A stretch of DNA of 64,000 bases from Mobula hypostoma (lineage: Eukaryota). How positions within the stretch are numbered: position 1 is the stretch's first letter; every line of letters starts with the position of its first letter. The DNA is taken from contig NC_086097.1 of NCBI RefSeq assembly GCF_963921235.1, positions 144,028,001-144,092,000 of the forward strand, read 5' to 3'. The position numbers and the translations under genes are program-made. This document shows positions 11,273 through 25,708 of the stretch, in pieces. The notes beneath the pieces were generated by a model. It was given only the letters and a program-made list of their open reading frames with translations. It did not search any database and had not been told where the DNA came from.

Positions 11273-14200
11273 TGTTGTGTATTTAATATTTGAGTAGTAT
11301 TTTGTAAATGTATTGTTTGATTAAGCATTCTTGTGCACTTACATAATTTATTATGGGCTAGATGTAAAAATAAGTGAATTGCATACATCATGACATTGCC
11401 ATGTCATATGTGCATGTGTCACGAAGAACGTACATGAGTTATTCCTGACTCCGTGTTTCCCCTTTCAATTAGTTTTTATGTTTGGAGTTACAAAAAATAA
11501 CAATGGTGATGAGGTATTTTTAAAATGAACCCGATACAACTACCTATCTGTTGAAGCACAACAAGACGTTCAAGTTTTAAAAAAAAGCATCAAGAAATGG
11601 TCTAGTAAAAAAAATACACTGCAGCACATGTTCTTCGAAAGGGACAGAAATGGTTAAGTTTAAAAAAAGGCAAAAAATGGGCAAATTCATGGGTTCATTA
11701 ATAGTGATTACTAGGTGATTAATTCTGTGCCAAAGCAAGTGCCAATTTTGTTGAGTGCATTGGATTTAAAGACATAGTTTGCTTAGAAGTCTTAACTGCT
11801 CCAACGAAACCAGCTGAAATGAGCTTTGTTGCAGGAACATTTAGAACTGTAAGATTTCATAAGTGGAATCAAAAGGAAGGGGAGCCCATTTCAGTATATG
11901 TGGCTGAATTGAAGTCTGAGCATTGTCAGTTCAATAATGGGCTTGATGAACTGAGTGAGTGTTTAGTTTCTGGGATCTTAGAAGGAAGCACTCAGAAGCA
12001 GTTCCTAACTGAAGTACAACTTACACTTTAAAGAGCAGTTGAAATAGCTGTATCGATAGAAACAGCAGGCAGAGATACAATTGAGTTGCAGCCAGGAATA
12101 AAAGTGAGGGTGAACAAAATTGCAACATTAAACAGAAACATGCCTGGCCAATAAATTGTTAATGTTGTGGCAGGGGCTTGCATACACCTGACCAATGCAG
12201 GTGGAACTTGCAGAAAACGTAACAAAGTAGGACATATAAAGAGCACGTCAAGCAGACAAAAATAAATGGACTGCACAGGAGAGAGCTAAAGATTAAAAAG
12301 TCAAATTGCAGTTTTGAAAAGAGCACTAATCTGCATGATACTGATTTTTAAAAATCTGATCGGGATGTGAGTGATACAGGACTGTGTACCCTTGAGATTT
12401 ACAGTGTGAAAACTAACACCAGATAGCAATGTAGCTTACACCAGAAGTGAACGGCAAATTATTTAAAATGGAATTGGACACTGCCTCAGCTGCTCCAGTC
12501 ATTCCACAAAATGAGTTTAAATGGCATTTCAAAGATACTGAACTGAAACCTGCAGATATCTGACTAAGAACGTGTGCTGGAGAACCTGTGGGGATGACAT
12601 TCATAGCCCATATTGAGCTTGTACGTGGTAAAAACAGGAGGGGACCTAAGTGGCTGAGACAGCTACAATTTGATTGGAGATCCATCCACTATGTGCATGC
12701 CACATCCCCTGCAAGAGAGACAACTGAAAGCGAATTAAGGAAGGTGCTGGATGATGCCACAACTGTCTCCATGCTATACACCATGAGCCATTGCCTAACA
12801 GAGGGCAAACAGGTGTTGGTGCCATCTTCTGTGCCTCTGGTCTAACTCTGCACCAAAGTTGGTGCAGTCTTTCATTGATTCTGTTTTATTATAGATTGAG
12901 GATGCCCACAAGAAAATTAATCTCAAGGTTGTATATGGTGACATATAAATAGATACTTCATTGATCCAAAGGAAATTACAGTGTAGCATTACAAGTGCAT
13001 AGATATACAAATATTAGAAGAGAAGTAAGAAAGAATAAAAAAAAGTTACCTCAAACAGTCTAACGGGAGGGGGTCATCAATTCCCCGGCTACAGGTTGAC
13101 TCATTATAGAGCCTAATGGCCGAGGGTAAGAATAACCTCGTATCGTGCTCTTTGGAGCAGGGCTGTTGTCTTAGTTTATTACTAAAAGTGCTCCTCTGTT
13201 CAGCCAAGGTGGCATGCAGAGGGTGAGAAACATTGTCCGGAATTGCCAGGCGTTTCCATAGGGTACTTTGTTTTTTAGATTATGAAGACACGCAGTCCCC
13301 TTTTATTATCATTTAGTAATGCATGCATTAAGAAATGATACATTATTTCCTCCAGTGTGATATCACAAAACACAGGACAAACCAAGAATGAAAAAACTGA
13401 CAAAAACCACATAATTATACATAGTTACAACAGTGCACAATATCATAATTTGATGAAGAAAGTCCATGAGCACAGTAAAGTTCAAAGTTTCTCAAATGTC
13501 CCACATCTCTCGCAGATGGGAGAAGGAAGAAAAAACTCTCCCTGCCATGCCGACCACAATCCGACTCTGTCATCTGAAAACTTCGAGCTCTGATCAGCTC
13601 TCCGACACAGAGTACTGAGCGCCATCTCTGTCCAAGCGATTCGACCTCTTTCTCGGTCGCCAGAAGCAGGCTAGGCCGGGGATTTTGAGGCCTACCCTCT
13701 GAAAGATTCCCAACCACACAGTAATGACAGGAGCGGACGGGCATTTCAGAAATTTCTCCAGATGTTCCTCTGTGGTTTCACGTCCATTCTCCATCAAATC
13801 AGAATTGTCCACGGCCCCTATTTAACAGATACGACATCATTTTTCACCAGAGAGCTGCACTGCCATCTTCTCCTCCCGTTGTATCACAACCTCCAATGTG
13901 TCTAGTTTGACTCCTATAACAGAGCCAGCCTTTCTAATCAGTTTGTTATTATTTTTAGTATTTTAATGTTAGTATTTTGATAATTTACTGTGAACTTTGG
14001 TTGGAAAGCATTTGGACCAGTGAAGGACCATGCCTCTCAGTGGGATTGTGACAGTGATAAAAACAGTGGTCCGACTACAAAAGTTTTTGGAGGCGACATA
14101 TCAGAGAAAGCTTCTGATACGTTAATTGGACAGTTACTGCGAAATGTGGCTTGTTTTTAAACTGGAAGAGAGTTCAAGGAGCTTCAGGAAAGTTGCAAAC

Positions 14201-15215
14201 ATTTGTGTTTTGTGAGTATAGACAACCAGAATCTACTTTGTGTGCATTAAAGGATATTGCATGAACTTCAGGTGTGAGGGGGGGAAAAACCTGTTTGTGA
14301 AAGTCAATGCAAAGAGCAAAGACCAAAGCCCAGCTGGATGAATGGAAGGACAAAAAGAAAGGAGTCAAAGGAGATATGAAAACAGGATTTGTCAGATGAT
14401 GTGGATGCAGAAACCAAGAGGAGAGATCAGATTGTAAAGGGAACGAGAAAGGATTAATCGTACCTTCTCAAGATCAATATGCACAGACTAGAAAGAAGAA
14501 AAGGGAAAAGAGGACAATGACATATGTGCTATGGGAATGGAAGAGGATAAATGAGACCGAAATTAGAAAATTCATAGGTTCTCACAAGAAACTGGAAGAT
14601 AAAGGAAGGCAAAAAAGAGAAAGGCATGAAAGAGAAGGAACGTGAAAAAAGGAGATGAAAGGTGCTCGTACCTGTCAGATCTCCTTCCTGCATTCTGAGT
14701 CAATTGCTACATCCACGACAGAGGAGGCTCCAGAACCTGAGATTGTTTCACAGAGTTAAGTCTCACTTGCCAATCAGTGTGACCCCCACCCCACTTGGCA
14801 GGAAAGATGCTAACCCTCAAAGGTAAGCAATCCTCTACAGTAATTAAATTTTTAGATCAGAATGGGACTTTATAAAATTTACTATGCTCTGAATGTCTGT
14901 ATAGTAGTTGCATTATATGTATACTGTGTATATAATTGAGATGCATTCTTTGAGTTGGCCTTTATAGCTAAGCAAGGAGGAGTATTGTGTATTTAATATT
15001 TCGGTAGTATTTGAGTAATGTAAATATATTCTTTGATTAAGCATTCTTTAAATAATTGATTACAGGTTATATGTAAACCCTGAATTGTATACATCATGAT
15101 TTAATATGTCATATATGCATGTCACCTCAAAGCAAAGCTGACAATGTACATGAGTTATTTCTGGCTCCGTGTTTTCCTTTCAATTAGTTTTGTTTTGGAG
15201 TTTTAAAAAACAATG
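11273..15215 (+). mobile_element. Decayed Gypsy-type LTR retrotransposon: LTRs 11273-11502 and 14983-15215, 5-bp TSD GTGAG, internally deleted and interrupted by other repeats
   Basis: Two homologous LTRs of about 230 bp; PBS-like TGGTGATGAGG after the 5' LTR; polypurine tract AAGCAAGGAGGAG before the 3' LTR; gag remnant RFHKWNQKEGEPISVYVAELK; protease remnant KMELDTAS; GTGAG at 11268-11272 and 15216-15220. Confidence 0.85.
13270..13878 (-). mobile_element. Non-autonomous retroposon of about 600 bp (unclassified), nested within the Gypsy element
   Basis: On the minus strand it starts GGGAGGAGAAGATGGC (YY1-like LINE 5' end) and ends in AATAAA plus an A-rich tail; it interrupts a LINE 3' fragment. 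Confidence 0.5.
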
Positions 15216-16148
15216 GTGAGTATATGGAACAAGCTTCTAGAAGAAGTGGTTGAGGCAAGTAGAATAGTGATTTTTAAGAGGCACATGGAGAGACGGGGAT
15301 TAGAGGGCTGTGGGCTGAACGCAGGAAATTGGGACGACCTAAGTGGACACTGGTCAGCATGGTCTCATTGGGCTGAAGGGTCTGTATTGATGATGTGCTT
15401 CTCCGTCTCTGTGACCACCCCCCCCCATTCTTTTTCCCCATACCTACACTATAATTTACAATAGACATTTAACCTACTGGCACATCGTTAAAAGATGGAA
15501 GGAAACTGGAGGATCTGGCTGTACAAAGTCCGATTAAACAGTACTTCTCCCCGTAATCTTGTGGGATTTCTCCAGGTGCTCCAGTTTCCTCCCAAGTTCC
15601 AGAAACGTGTGGGTTATGGATTTCTTGGTCACATGGGTGGTGCAGGCTCATTGGGTCAGAAGGGCCTGTCACTGTGCTGTATCTAAGTAAATGCTGGGGG
15701 CGGGGTGGGGGGAGTCTGTATTTAATCTGGGTCCCTAGAACTCCGAGGCATTTCAGTAGCAGCTATGGCACCATGATGTAGAATAAAGATGTATTGGAGC
15801 AGCTTGCTTCATAATATACACATGGGTTTAGGATTATTTTGGAGTATTGTGTGCATTTTTGGTTTCTGTGCCTGAGGAGGTATTAGTCTTGAAATTGCTG
15901 CTGCCCAGATTTGCAGTGTTGATTTCAGGTAAGAGAGGGTTCTGATGTAGTGATTGAGGAAGTTTGACTTGTATCTAAATTTTAAAAATATGACATTTAT
16001 AGATTGTACAAAATTATGAAAGGATCAAATGGCGATGTTGAGAGGCTGTTTTATTTATAACTATGGGCAGATTCATGATGTTGTCCATTTGGAAGAGAAT
16101 TTAGTTGAAGTTGTAAATGTGGTAGGCTTGGTTGAGAATGTGTAAACG

Positions 16149-17915
16149 AACTTTCATCTAAATGGTTTCCTTTATATTTAACTTTGATTGGTCGTATTAA
16201 TGCAGTTAAGATGTTTTTTTTGCCAAAATTTTTATATGTGTTTCAGGCATTACCAATTTTTGTTCCAAAATCTTTCTTTGATAAAGTTGACTCTAAAATT
16301 TCTTCATTTATTTGGCAGAATAAAAATCCGAGACTGGGTAAAATACATTTACAGAAAGCTAAGAGAGATGGAGGTTTAGCATTACCTAACTTTAGATTCT
16401 ATTATTGGGCAATTAATATTCGACATATGAAATTTTGGTTACTTGACCAGGATATACTATCTATTCCTAAATGGGTAGCATTGGAACTACAATCTGTTCA
16501 GGGCTATACACTTGGCTCTATTTTAGGTTCCTCTCTCCCTTTTGATTCGAAACGCCTTAAGCAGGTGTCTAACCCGATAGTTAAATATGCCCTGCGTATT
16601 TGGTTTCAATTCAGAAAATTTTTTGATCTTAATCAATTCGGGTTAGCGATTCCTATTTTAGGTAACATATTTTTTCCTCCCTCTTTTACGGATCGCGCTT
16701 TTCAAACTTGGAAGACTAAGGGTATTTTACGGTTTTTGGATTTATTTTTAGATGGTTCCCTTATGTCTTTTGAACAATTATCTAATAAATATAACTTATC
16801 AAGAATACATTTTTTTAGATATTTACAAGTTAGAAATTTCCTAAGTACTATACTTTCTTCCTTTCCAATGCTTCCTCCTACATATATTTTAGATTCGATA
16901 ATTAACCTTAATCCATGTCAGAAAGGTGCATCGGCTATGATTTATAATATTATCATGAAACTTAGGAAAGCTCCATTTGATAAGATTAGGGTAGATTGGG
17001 AACAGAAATTGGGGCTTACCATTTCTGTGGATGATTGGGGGCAGATTTTACAATTAGTTAATACTTCCTCTATTTGTGCTAAACATTCCCTAATTCAATT
17101 TAAAGTTGTTCATAGAGCACATATGTCCAAAGATAAGTTAGCGCGTTTTTACTTGCATATTAATCCTTTTTGTGATAGATGTTCTGGGCAGATAGCCTCT
17201 TTAACTCATATGTTTTGGTCTTGCCCTACTTTGGAAACTTTTTGGAGAGACATTTTTAATATTATTTCTCAGGTATTAAATATAGATATCTCTCCTCACC
17301 CTATTACTGCTATCTTTGGACTACCTAAAATTTCTAGTAATCTTTCCCCTTCAGCCCGTAGAATGATTGCATTTCTTACTTTAATGGCGAAAAGATGTAT
17401 TTTACAACATTGGAAAGAGCTTAATGCTCCAACTACCTTTTTTTGGTTCTCTTAGACGATATTATGTTTGAATCTGGAGAAAATTAGAAGTAATCTTTAT
17501 GATTCTTCATTTAAATTTGAACAGACTTGGGGATCTTTTATTCGATATTTTCATTTAATGTAATATATACCCTTCTTGTTTTTTTTTCACTGTTTTTAAT
17601 GGAGGTCGGGATTGAGGACGTGATTTTAAGTTTAACTCTGTTTGGTTTCAAGTTAGCCCATTGCTTTGCTTTGCTTTTAGTTAGTTGCACGGTGGGTTTT
17701 TTTGGGGTTTTTTTTTTCTTTTCTTCTATTGATATATATATAAAATTTAGTATACTATTATGTTATCTTGGTTTTTTATGTTTAAATTACATTGTAGTAT
17801 TCTTTTTTTGGTATTGATACCTTTTGTAATTTTATTATATTTTAACATTGTATTAATGTTTATATGGCTTACCTTTTTGTATACTTATTCAATAAAAAGA
17901 TTTAAAAAGAAAGAA
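16149..17915 (+). mobile_element. 5'-truncated L1-clade LINE (ORF2 C-terminal third, 3'UTR), 12-bp TSD AATGTGTAAACG
   Basis: ORF 16184-17455 with GRINAVKM..LPK, GGLALPNF and CDRC..SLTHMFWSC (CCHC knuckle); in-frame TAG at 17453 with homology continuing to TAA 17561-17563; AATAAA 17891; TSD at 16137-16148 and 17916-17927. Confidence 0.92.
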
Positions 17916-17927
17916 AATGTGTAAACG

Positions 17928-18780
17928 TACATGGTATAGTTAGAAATTCGGCAGATGATACTAAAATAGGTTGTGTCATAGACGGTGAATATGGTTATCG
18001 GGAATTAGATCTTGAACATCTTGGTAAGTGGGCCAATGAATGGCAAATGGTGTTTAATTCTGGTAAATGTGAGGTGTTGCATTTTGTGAAGACATATGAA
18101 TTTATACTTTGAGGGCCTTGGGGAGTGTTGTCGAACAGAGGTGCCTTGGAGTTACAAGTGTCCTGTTCCCTGAAATTGGCGTCACAGTAGACGGTGGTGA
18201 AAAATGCTTTTGGCATGCTGGGTTTCTTCATTCTCGACGTTCTCTTCAATGTAGAGAAGTTGGGATGTTATGTGATAGTTGTACAAGATGTTGGTGAGAC
18301 TGCATTTGTAATACCATGTTCAGATTTGACTACTCTGCTGTGGTCACCAAACTGGGAAGAGTGCAGAGGAGACTTAATGAAGATGTTGATGGGACTTGAG
18401 GGAATAAGTTATTGAGAGAGGTTAAGCATTAATTTATTCATTGGAACATGAGAAGTGCTCTTAGGAGGTATATAAAATCATCAGGAGTTAGATGGGGTGA
18501 ATTATTACCGGGGTTGGGAATGAAGAGCAAGACGACACAGGTTTAGGGTAGAAGGGAGAAATTTAATAACCAGAGCACCATCTTTCCACTGATCTATTTG
18601 TGGATTTGCTGTCAGATGAAGTGCTCGAGGCACATTACCAACATTTAAAAGACACTTGGGAAGGTACATAGGTGAAGTTTTGAGAATTTGGGCCAAACAT
18701 GCAAATGGAACTAGCTTAGAACCTTGGTCAGCATAGATCATTTGGGCTGAAAGGGCTTATTTCTATGCTGTATGACTATT
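17928..18780 (+). mobile_element. Decayed CR1 LINE 3' fragment (host of the L1 insertion)
   Basis: GCAGATGATACTAAAATAGG (ADDTKIG), TGGCAAATGGTGTTTAAT and AAATGTGAGGTGTTGCATTTT; typical CR1 3' tail. Confidence 0.75.
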
Positions 18781-18861
18781 TCACAGTGCCTACAAGAGGC
18801 AGTTACTAGATGTTAACATATTAAATAAATTTGGTGTAATTTTATTTATTTTCTTTGTTAG

Positions 18862-18907
18862 AGGGTACAAGAATCCCAAAAGGAAACCAACTGGAGTAAC
18901 CAAAGAG
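18862..18907 (+). CDS. C1orf35: MMTAG2 coding exon 3
   Basis: TTAG| acceptor; (L)GYKNPKRKPTGVTKE; donor GAG|GTAAG; phases fit. Confidence 0.93.
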
Positions 18908-19502
18908 GTAAGGGATAAGTACAATATACTTCAAGAAATAAAATTTTTGTCTTAGTCATAATGTGATCTTCCACATACTTCACACAGTTTCCTTTTATTT
19001 ACACATGGGCAGTGTACTGTGTGAGAAGTGCCCCATTATTTTGCATGTCCAACTTGCCCTTGTGTGCATGTCATTTATTCTCTACATGCTGTGTGCATTC
19101 GCTGTATCTGCTACCGTCACTGAGATTCTCTATATACACCAACTCCGAACGTTAACATTATTCTCCTTACATCTTGTACTTTTGTGTATCATTTTGTTAA
19201 TGCATTGCCCTAATATTTGATTTTGTCACTTTCTTGCATTGCACTTTGTATAATGCACTTTACATTCTGCACTGAAAGTTCATACATTTTTGTGAGAGAA
19301 TTCTGTATTCATCTATCTTTTTGTATACGGTGTTTTTATGAGCGTCTTGTTTACTGTGTAAAAACACCAGAAAATTGCATTAATACTTATCACTGTTACT
19401 TTTTTACTGTTCCTGTTGATTAGTTCACAAACCTGGATGATGTTCTGCTTATGTGGAGTTGCAAAATGCTGCCTTAACAGTAGTGTTCTCATCTAATTTC
19501 AG

Positions 19503-19585
19503 GAACTGGCAGAGGTCTGTAAACGTGAGGGTGTGGACCCAGATAGCAAAGATGTTGACAGAGTCCTTGGGCTTGGCAGTTCAAG
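19503..19585 (+). CDS. C1orf35: MMTAG2 coding exon 4
   Basis: TTTCAG| acceptor; ELAEVCKREGVDPDSKDVDRVLGLGSS; donor AG|GTAGG. Confidence 0.93.
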
Positions 19586-21925
19586 GTAGGAAGATCCCAG
19601 TCTTGCCAGTTGTAGATTAATCTAGATGTCTACAGTAAGTGTCTTATTCCGAATTGTCGACTGTCTATTTCCCTCAACAGATGTGGCCTGACATGTTGAG
19701 TTCTTCCCGCAATTTTTTTATTTAGTGTACTCAAGAATGCCCTTGAATGTGTGTGTAAAGCGATATAATGCTTCTGTAATTGCTATTCAACAGATGCCAC
19801 TATGTATAATAACTACTATAAATATTTGAACATTCTAATTCTGCTGAAACAGCATATTTGATCTATCCCTGTCATTTTGTTCAGTATTTCTGTAACTGGA
19901 ATTGGTATGGAATGGTTTATTGTCATACTGTTTAATGAGATGCGATGAATAGCTTTTGTTTGTATACCAACAGACAGATCGTTCCATACACAAGAACATC
20001 CTTTCTGAGAAACTTTGTAATGCCGGACCTCCAACTTGTAAGGTTCTGCGTCATTGCTAAGTTCCTGACTTCAGTGGTTCAACTCCAACACTCGCCTTTG
20101 TACAAAAATCTATTGCGCTGCATGCATATTTAGTCTCCGCAACATTCTGGTTGTGTCTAACAAGACCTACGCAGAATCATTATTAGATATCCTCTCGCAC
20201 GTGGTGGTGACAGACATATCCTTGATTCTTGTGCTGCTAAAGAGCTGTGTAATTTGGGTGCAGCCATTTAGAGATACCCTAGAGCTAATATTAATTAATA
20301 GTGAATAGGAGCTGGGCTGTACATCCTTTTCCCAGATGATTTGACAGTGATTTTTTGAAACTGATTTTCAAAGCTCAGCATAGTCAAAGCTTAATTGGAT
20401 TTATTTTTACATTTCCTGAACACACTTACTGAATGGGAAGGAAAGCTAATAAGGAATGGCAGGAGTAGGCTATACAGCCACTGAACCTTCCCTATCTTTT
20501 AATAACATTAACTCTGCTTGATAACAATATCCCTTAATCTTATTAGTATCTCCCTTTGAATTTAACCAATAACTGAGTATCTGCTCTCTTGAGGGGAAAA
20601 TTCTCAAGATTTGGAATCTTCTTTATAAAAAAATCTCATTTCAATTCTAAATGGCCATCCTCTTATTAAGTGATATTGTCCCTTAGTTCCAGATCACTGA
20701 GTTATTCTCTTTCAGACTGTCCTATTCTAACTCAAGAATATAATGTAGGTGGTCTTGCCCAGTCTTTTCACATTGCACAACTCCATCATCATAATCTAGT
20801 GAATCTGCCTTGAATAAACTTGGAAGTTCAGTATAAATTTAGAAAAAAAACTTTGTTTTCCACTGTGTAGGGCTTCATGATAAATCTTTTGTACTCTCTA
20901 TTACCACATCCTTCCTGCTGTGTGGCAAACACATGTACATAATACTCAACTTGTAACCCTAGACTCTTTGTGTACATCAACTCTCTTAAGGTTCTTGTCT
21001 ATGTACCTCTTACTTTTTAACTAATTGCTATATTTGCACCTGTATTATTTGTTTTTCATGAACCTTTATAACATGATCACTCTGTACATTGACCATTTAT
21101 GGACAAACTTTCCAAACCTCAAATTTCCCCACATTAATCTGCCATCTATTTGGTTAACTATCTAAAAGGAACTTCAAGGGGCACTAATAAAACCAAACAC
21201 TTACAATAAGTAAATGGTTCATTCTTGTCCGTTTTGTTTAGTCCAAGTCATAAATGAGTCATTAATTATGAATAGCAGAGAACTCAATGTTGATTCCTTT
21301 CCCAAAAGTATTTCTGTCAAACTCCAAGAATGACTCCTTTATTATTTTCTATTTCTGTTCCATGAATCAACCTTTTTTTTTTAATTTTATTTTTATTTGG
21401 ATAAGGAGTTCACAATTATCATGTACTTTTTTCACACATATAACCTTTTCCATTTTTTTATATGTATAAAACTACAATTATTTATACATTCTTAAGTACA
21501 CATTGAGATGATATAAAAGCAAAATGAACATTTAAATAGATAATTATGTACTGTGGTAAATCTAACCTATTAGGCCAAGTAATGAAATTAGTTGTTAAGA
21601 AAAATGGTAATAATAGTTTCCATACAACCCTTCTGGACCATTTCCACTGGTCCAAAATGTTGCATACAAGCCTATATACCAACCATTGTAGGTGTTTATA
21701 TCCCAATTTGTTCGTGCTTGTTCCTGCCTGCAGACATAATTATCTAATCCCTATGTACTTATTTACTTAATTTTTTCATTTTTTTTTATCCCTTTCCCAA
21801 ATCTTTCCCTTTACTTGTGTTAATTCTCTATTTTCCAAAAAAAACAACAAACATTTAGACTAGGGGTGCTTACGTTAGCAATATTACTGTGTTGATGAGA
21901 AGAGCAATATAAATCATTAGGAGAG

Positions 21926-24900
21926 TCATCTAAAGTCTGCTCGCATTGGGGTTATATATTCAATCCATTTATTCAAGATTTGATAAAATGTTTCTTTTTG
22001 AGTTCTCAGGGAGTAGGTCAACTTTTCCATTCTAAATATTTCCAAGATAATTTCGTACCAATCTTCTAATGTAGGTGGTATTGGATTTAGCCATTTTCTA
22101 GTGATTGATTTCTTACTTGCCGCTAAGAGGGCCTGCAGCAACTTTATATCTTCCTTCTGTTCAAGGAACAATACATGCCCCAAATAGAGCGTCTCAAAAT
22201 TCAGAGGTATCTGGGACCTAAGTACCTTAACTAATGTTCTATGAATACCTTCCCAAAATAGACTTAATTTAGGGCAATCCCAGAAAATATGAAAATGATT
22301 TGCCTCCTTGGAGCCACACCTTCTGCAACACATCACATTTGTATCTTTATATTTTTCCTGATATGGGGTCTTGAAGTATCTTATAATGTTTTTCCAACAA
22401 TGTTCTCTCCAAGTCAAAGAATTAGTCGAGGACCATTGAAAGCTGCAGATTTTCCCCCAAGCCTCCTCTGAAAGTACCAACCCCGCTTCTTTCTCCCACT
22501 TCTCTTTAATATACAGTGTATTTACATTTTTAGCATGGGAGAGTGCATTATATAGGCGAGAAACTGATTTACTAGGTATTGAACTGCAAGCCGAATTCAG
22601 AATCTTGAAAAATTCTAATTCTACTGTTGATAGGTCTGTATATCTACAACTCTGGTTAACACAGTTTCGTATTTGAAGGTACCTAAAAAAATCATTATGT
22701 TCTAGGCCATGTTTGTCCTGCAGGATTTGGAAACTTTGTAATACTCTTTTATCTATAAATGAGAGGTAGGTTGTAAGACCTTTCTTTATCCATAGCTCAA
22801 ATCTTTTATCTCCTCTGTTGGGAAGGAATTCGGTATCATATGCACACCATCTAAAGAGTTTTAGCATGTTATTAATTCCACATGAATTAACCACCTTCTG
22901 CCATACTTTTAATGTAAGATTTATCCAAGCATTATTAAATTTTTCCAACTGAGCCATCAATCCTTTGTCAGCTATTGAGGCCTGAAGAGGAAAACTGTCA
23001 ACTAATCCAAATTCTATTTCCTTCCATCTAGCCTTATATTCCCTATTACACCAATATAACAGAGGGGTTATCTGTGAGGCATAAAAATAATTTCTCAGGC
23101 AAGGAAGAACCATACCTCCTCTTTCCTTCCCTAACTATAAGGTGTTATATCGAATTCTAGGTTTCCTTCCTTGCCAAATGAAGCGGGAAATCCATTTGTC
23201 CCATTCCCTGAATTGATTATCATCCACCTCCACTGGTAGAGTACGGAAAAGATATAATAACCGAGGAAGAATATTCATTTTTATAGTATTTATCCTTGAA
23301 TTTAAACTTAAAAAGGGGATAAGATTCCATCTATGCATATCTGCTTTTATCTCTGAGATTAATGGCCCATAATTTACCTGTGACAGTGTTGAAAGATCCT
23401 TCGGCAGGGTTATTCCTAAATATTTTAATGATTTAGCTTCCCACTTAAGATCGTATGTATCCTGCAATTTTTTGGATGGTGTATAATTTAGGGACATAAC
23501 CTGCGTTTTCTTTACATTTATTTTATAACCTGATATTTTCCCAAAGTTATCCAACAGTGTAAACAATCCTATAAATGATTTTTCTGGTACACTCAGACCA
23601 AAACATCATCTGCGAATAACGCCACTTTCTGTTCAATCCCTGCCACCTTGATACCTTTTATGATTTCGCTCTGTCTTATTAGTTGGGCAAGTGGTTCAAT
23701 ATATAGCGCAAAAAGGAGAGGAGAAATTGGGCATCCCTGTCTAGTGCCTCTCTCTAAAATGAAGGAGTCAGAGAGGTCCCCATTTATCTTAATTCGGGCT
23801 GTTGGGCTGTCATACAGAGTCTGAATTACTTTAATAAACCTTTCTTGAAAGCCGAATCTTCCTAACACTCTGTATAGGAATGCCCAACTAACCGAATCAA
23901 AAGCTTTCTCAGCGTCCAATCCTACTACCATTGTCTCTGTCTCGTTCTTATTAACCTGTTCTAATATGTGCAGAGTTCTCCTTATGTTGTCCTGTGTTTG
24001 TCTTTGTTGAATAAATCCAGTCTGGTCTAAATGGATTAGGCCAGGTAAAAGCTTTTCCAATCTGCGCGCTAATATAGATGTAAATAGTTTGTAATCTAAA
24101 TTAAGAACACTAATTGGCCGATAATTGCCACATTCTAGTTTATCTTTACCCTCTTTAGGAATAACTGAAATAATCGCTTCTCTCCAGGAAGGTGGAGTTT
24201 CTCCTCTCTGCAAGATCCAATTAAAGGTGTTAAGTAGTAATGGGGCTAACTGTCTTCAGGGACTTGTACCACTCTGAGGTAAACCCATCAGAACCCGGGG
24301 ACTTTCCAGCCTTTAACCTAGAGATGGCCACGTTCAGTTCTTTGACAGTTACTGGTTCTAATAAACTTTCATTTTGTAAATCTGTAAGTTTAGGTAGATC
24401 TAAAAAATTCAATACACTGTCTATATAGGGCTCATTGGGGGCCCGGGGTTGGGAGTACAGCTCTCGATAATACGTTTCAAAACTCTCTTGAATTTTCCCT
24501 ATTGTACTCTCCACAAGCTTTGTCTTTGGATTCTTTATTTTATGAATTGTATTGTCTGCTTGTTGTTTTCGTAATTTATATGCTAATAATCTAGCTGATT
24601 TACCTCCTACTTCATAATTCTTTTGTCTCAGGTAAAGAAAATTTCTTTGAGTTTCCAACGTATAAATATCATCAATTTCACTTTGCAATTTCCTAATTTC
24701 CTGTTTTCGATTTGAATTACTTTTGTTGCTATCTCCAACTTGAAGTTGTTTTAATTTTCCTTGAAGGTCTGCTAATTTTTGTGCATTGATTTTTTTCATG
24801 TGAGTAGTAATGGAAATAATTTTCCCTCTCAGTACAGCTTTCAATGTATCCCATAAAATCACTGGTGATGTTTCTCCCGTGTCATTAAGGTCTAGATATT

Positions 24901-25708
24901 CTTTGATTTCTCCCCTTAATCTCTCCATTACTTTTGGGTTATTAAGTATATGTGAGTTTAGCCTCCATAGTGTTTTCCTCATTTTCCTTTCCAAGATTAG
25001 AGACATAGAGACTGGGCTATGATCCGACAGATCAATTGTTGCAATATTACAGTTTTTTATCCTGAGTCTATCTGTATTAAAGATAAAGAAATAGTCTATC
25101 CTTGAATAGGCTGAATGAGGGAAAGAGTAATATGTATAATCTTTACTAGTAGGGTGTAATTCCCTCCAGACATCTATAATTCCCAACTCCTCCATCAATG
25201 AATTCACTTTCCGAGTCAGAGGTTTATTCTGAGTAACTATTCTTGAAGAATCTAATATAGGATTTAATCTAATATTAAAATCCCCTCCACAAATTACTAC
25301 CCCTCGAGAACTGACCATTAGGTCAAAAATGTGTCTATAAAATGACCATTCACTACCTGGAGGAGCATAAACATTCAGCAATGTTATTTCTGTACCTTCT
25401 ATTCTTCCTGTGATTTTTACAAACCGTCCTTCTTTGTCTCTAGTCTCTGAAATATGTTCATAATTAAGAGTACTTGATATTAAAGTAGCTACCCCTCTTT
25501 TGTGACTCAATTTATATGATGAATAAAATACATGCTTAAAGCCCATTCTTTTTAATTTTCCATGTTCAGATTGGCTCATATGTGTTTCCTGGAGGAAAGC
25601 TATTTGTGCCCTCTCTTTTTTCAATTTAGACATAATCTTATTTCTTTTAATTGGATTCAAAACCCCATTAACATTATAGGAAATTATTTTTACCAATTCA
25701 GTTTGCAT
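21926..25708 (-). pseudogene. L1 ORF2 (APE endonuclease, RT, CCHC), disrupted by 2 frameshifts (about 24245 and 23595) and 1 in-frame TAG (23135)
   Basis: SYNVNG, FLQETH, GGDFN, SRIDY, SDH (endonuclease); NYRPIS, LDAEKAFD, GTRQGCPISP, FADD (RT); CRRC..HFHIFWDC. Confidence 0.93.

Noticed and set aside
21926..25708. Programmed frameshifting or readthrough in L1 ORF2
   Set aside because: No slippery sites; the breaks are explained by small deletions and a C-to-T nonsense change.
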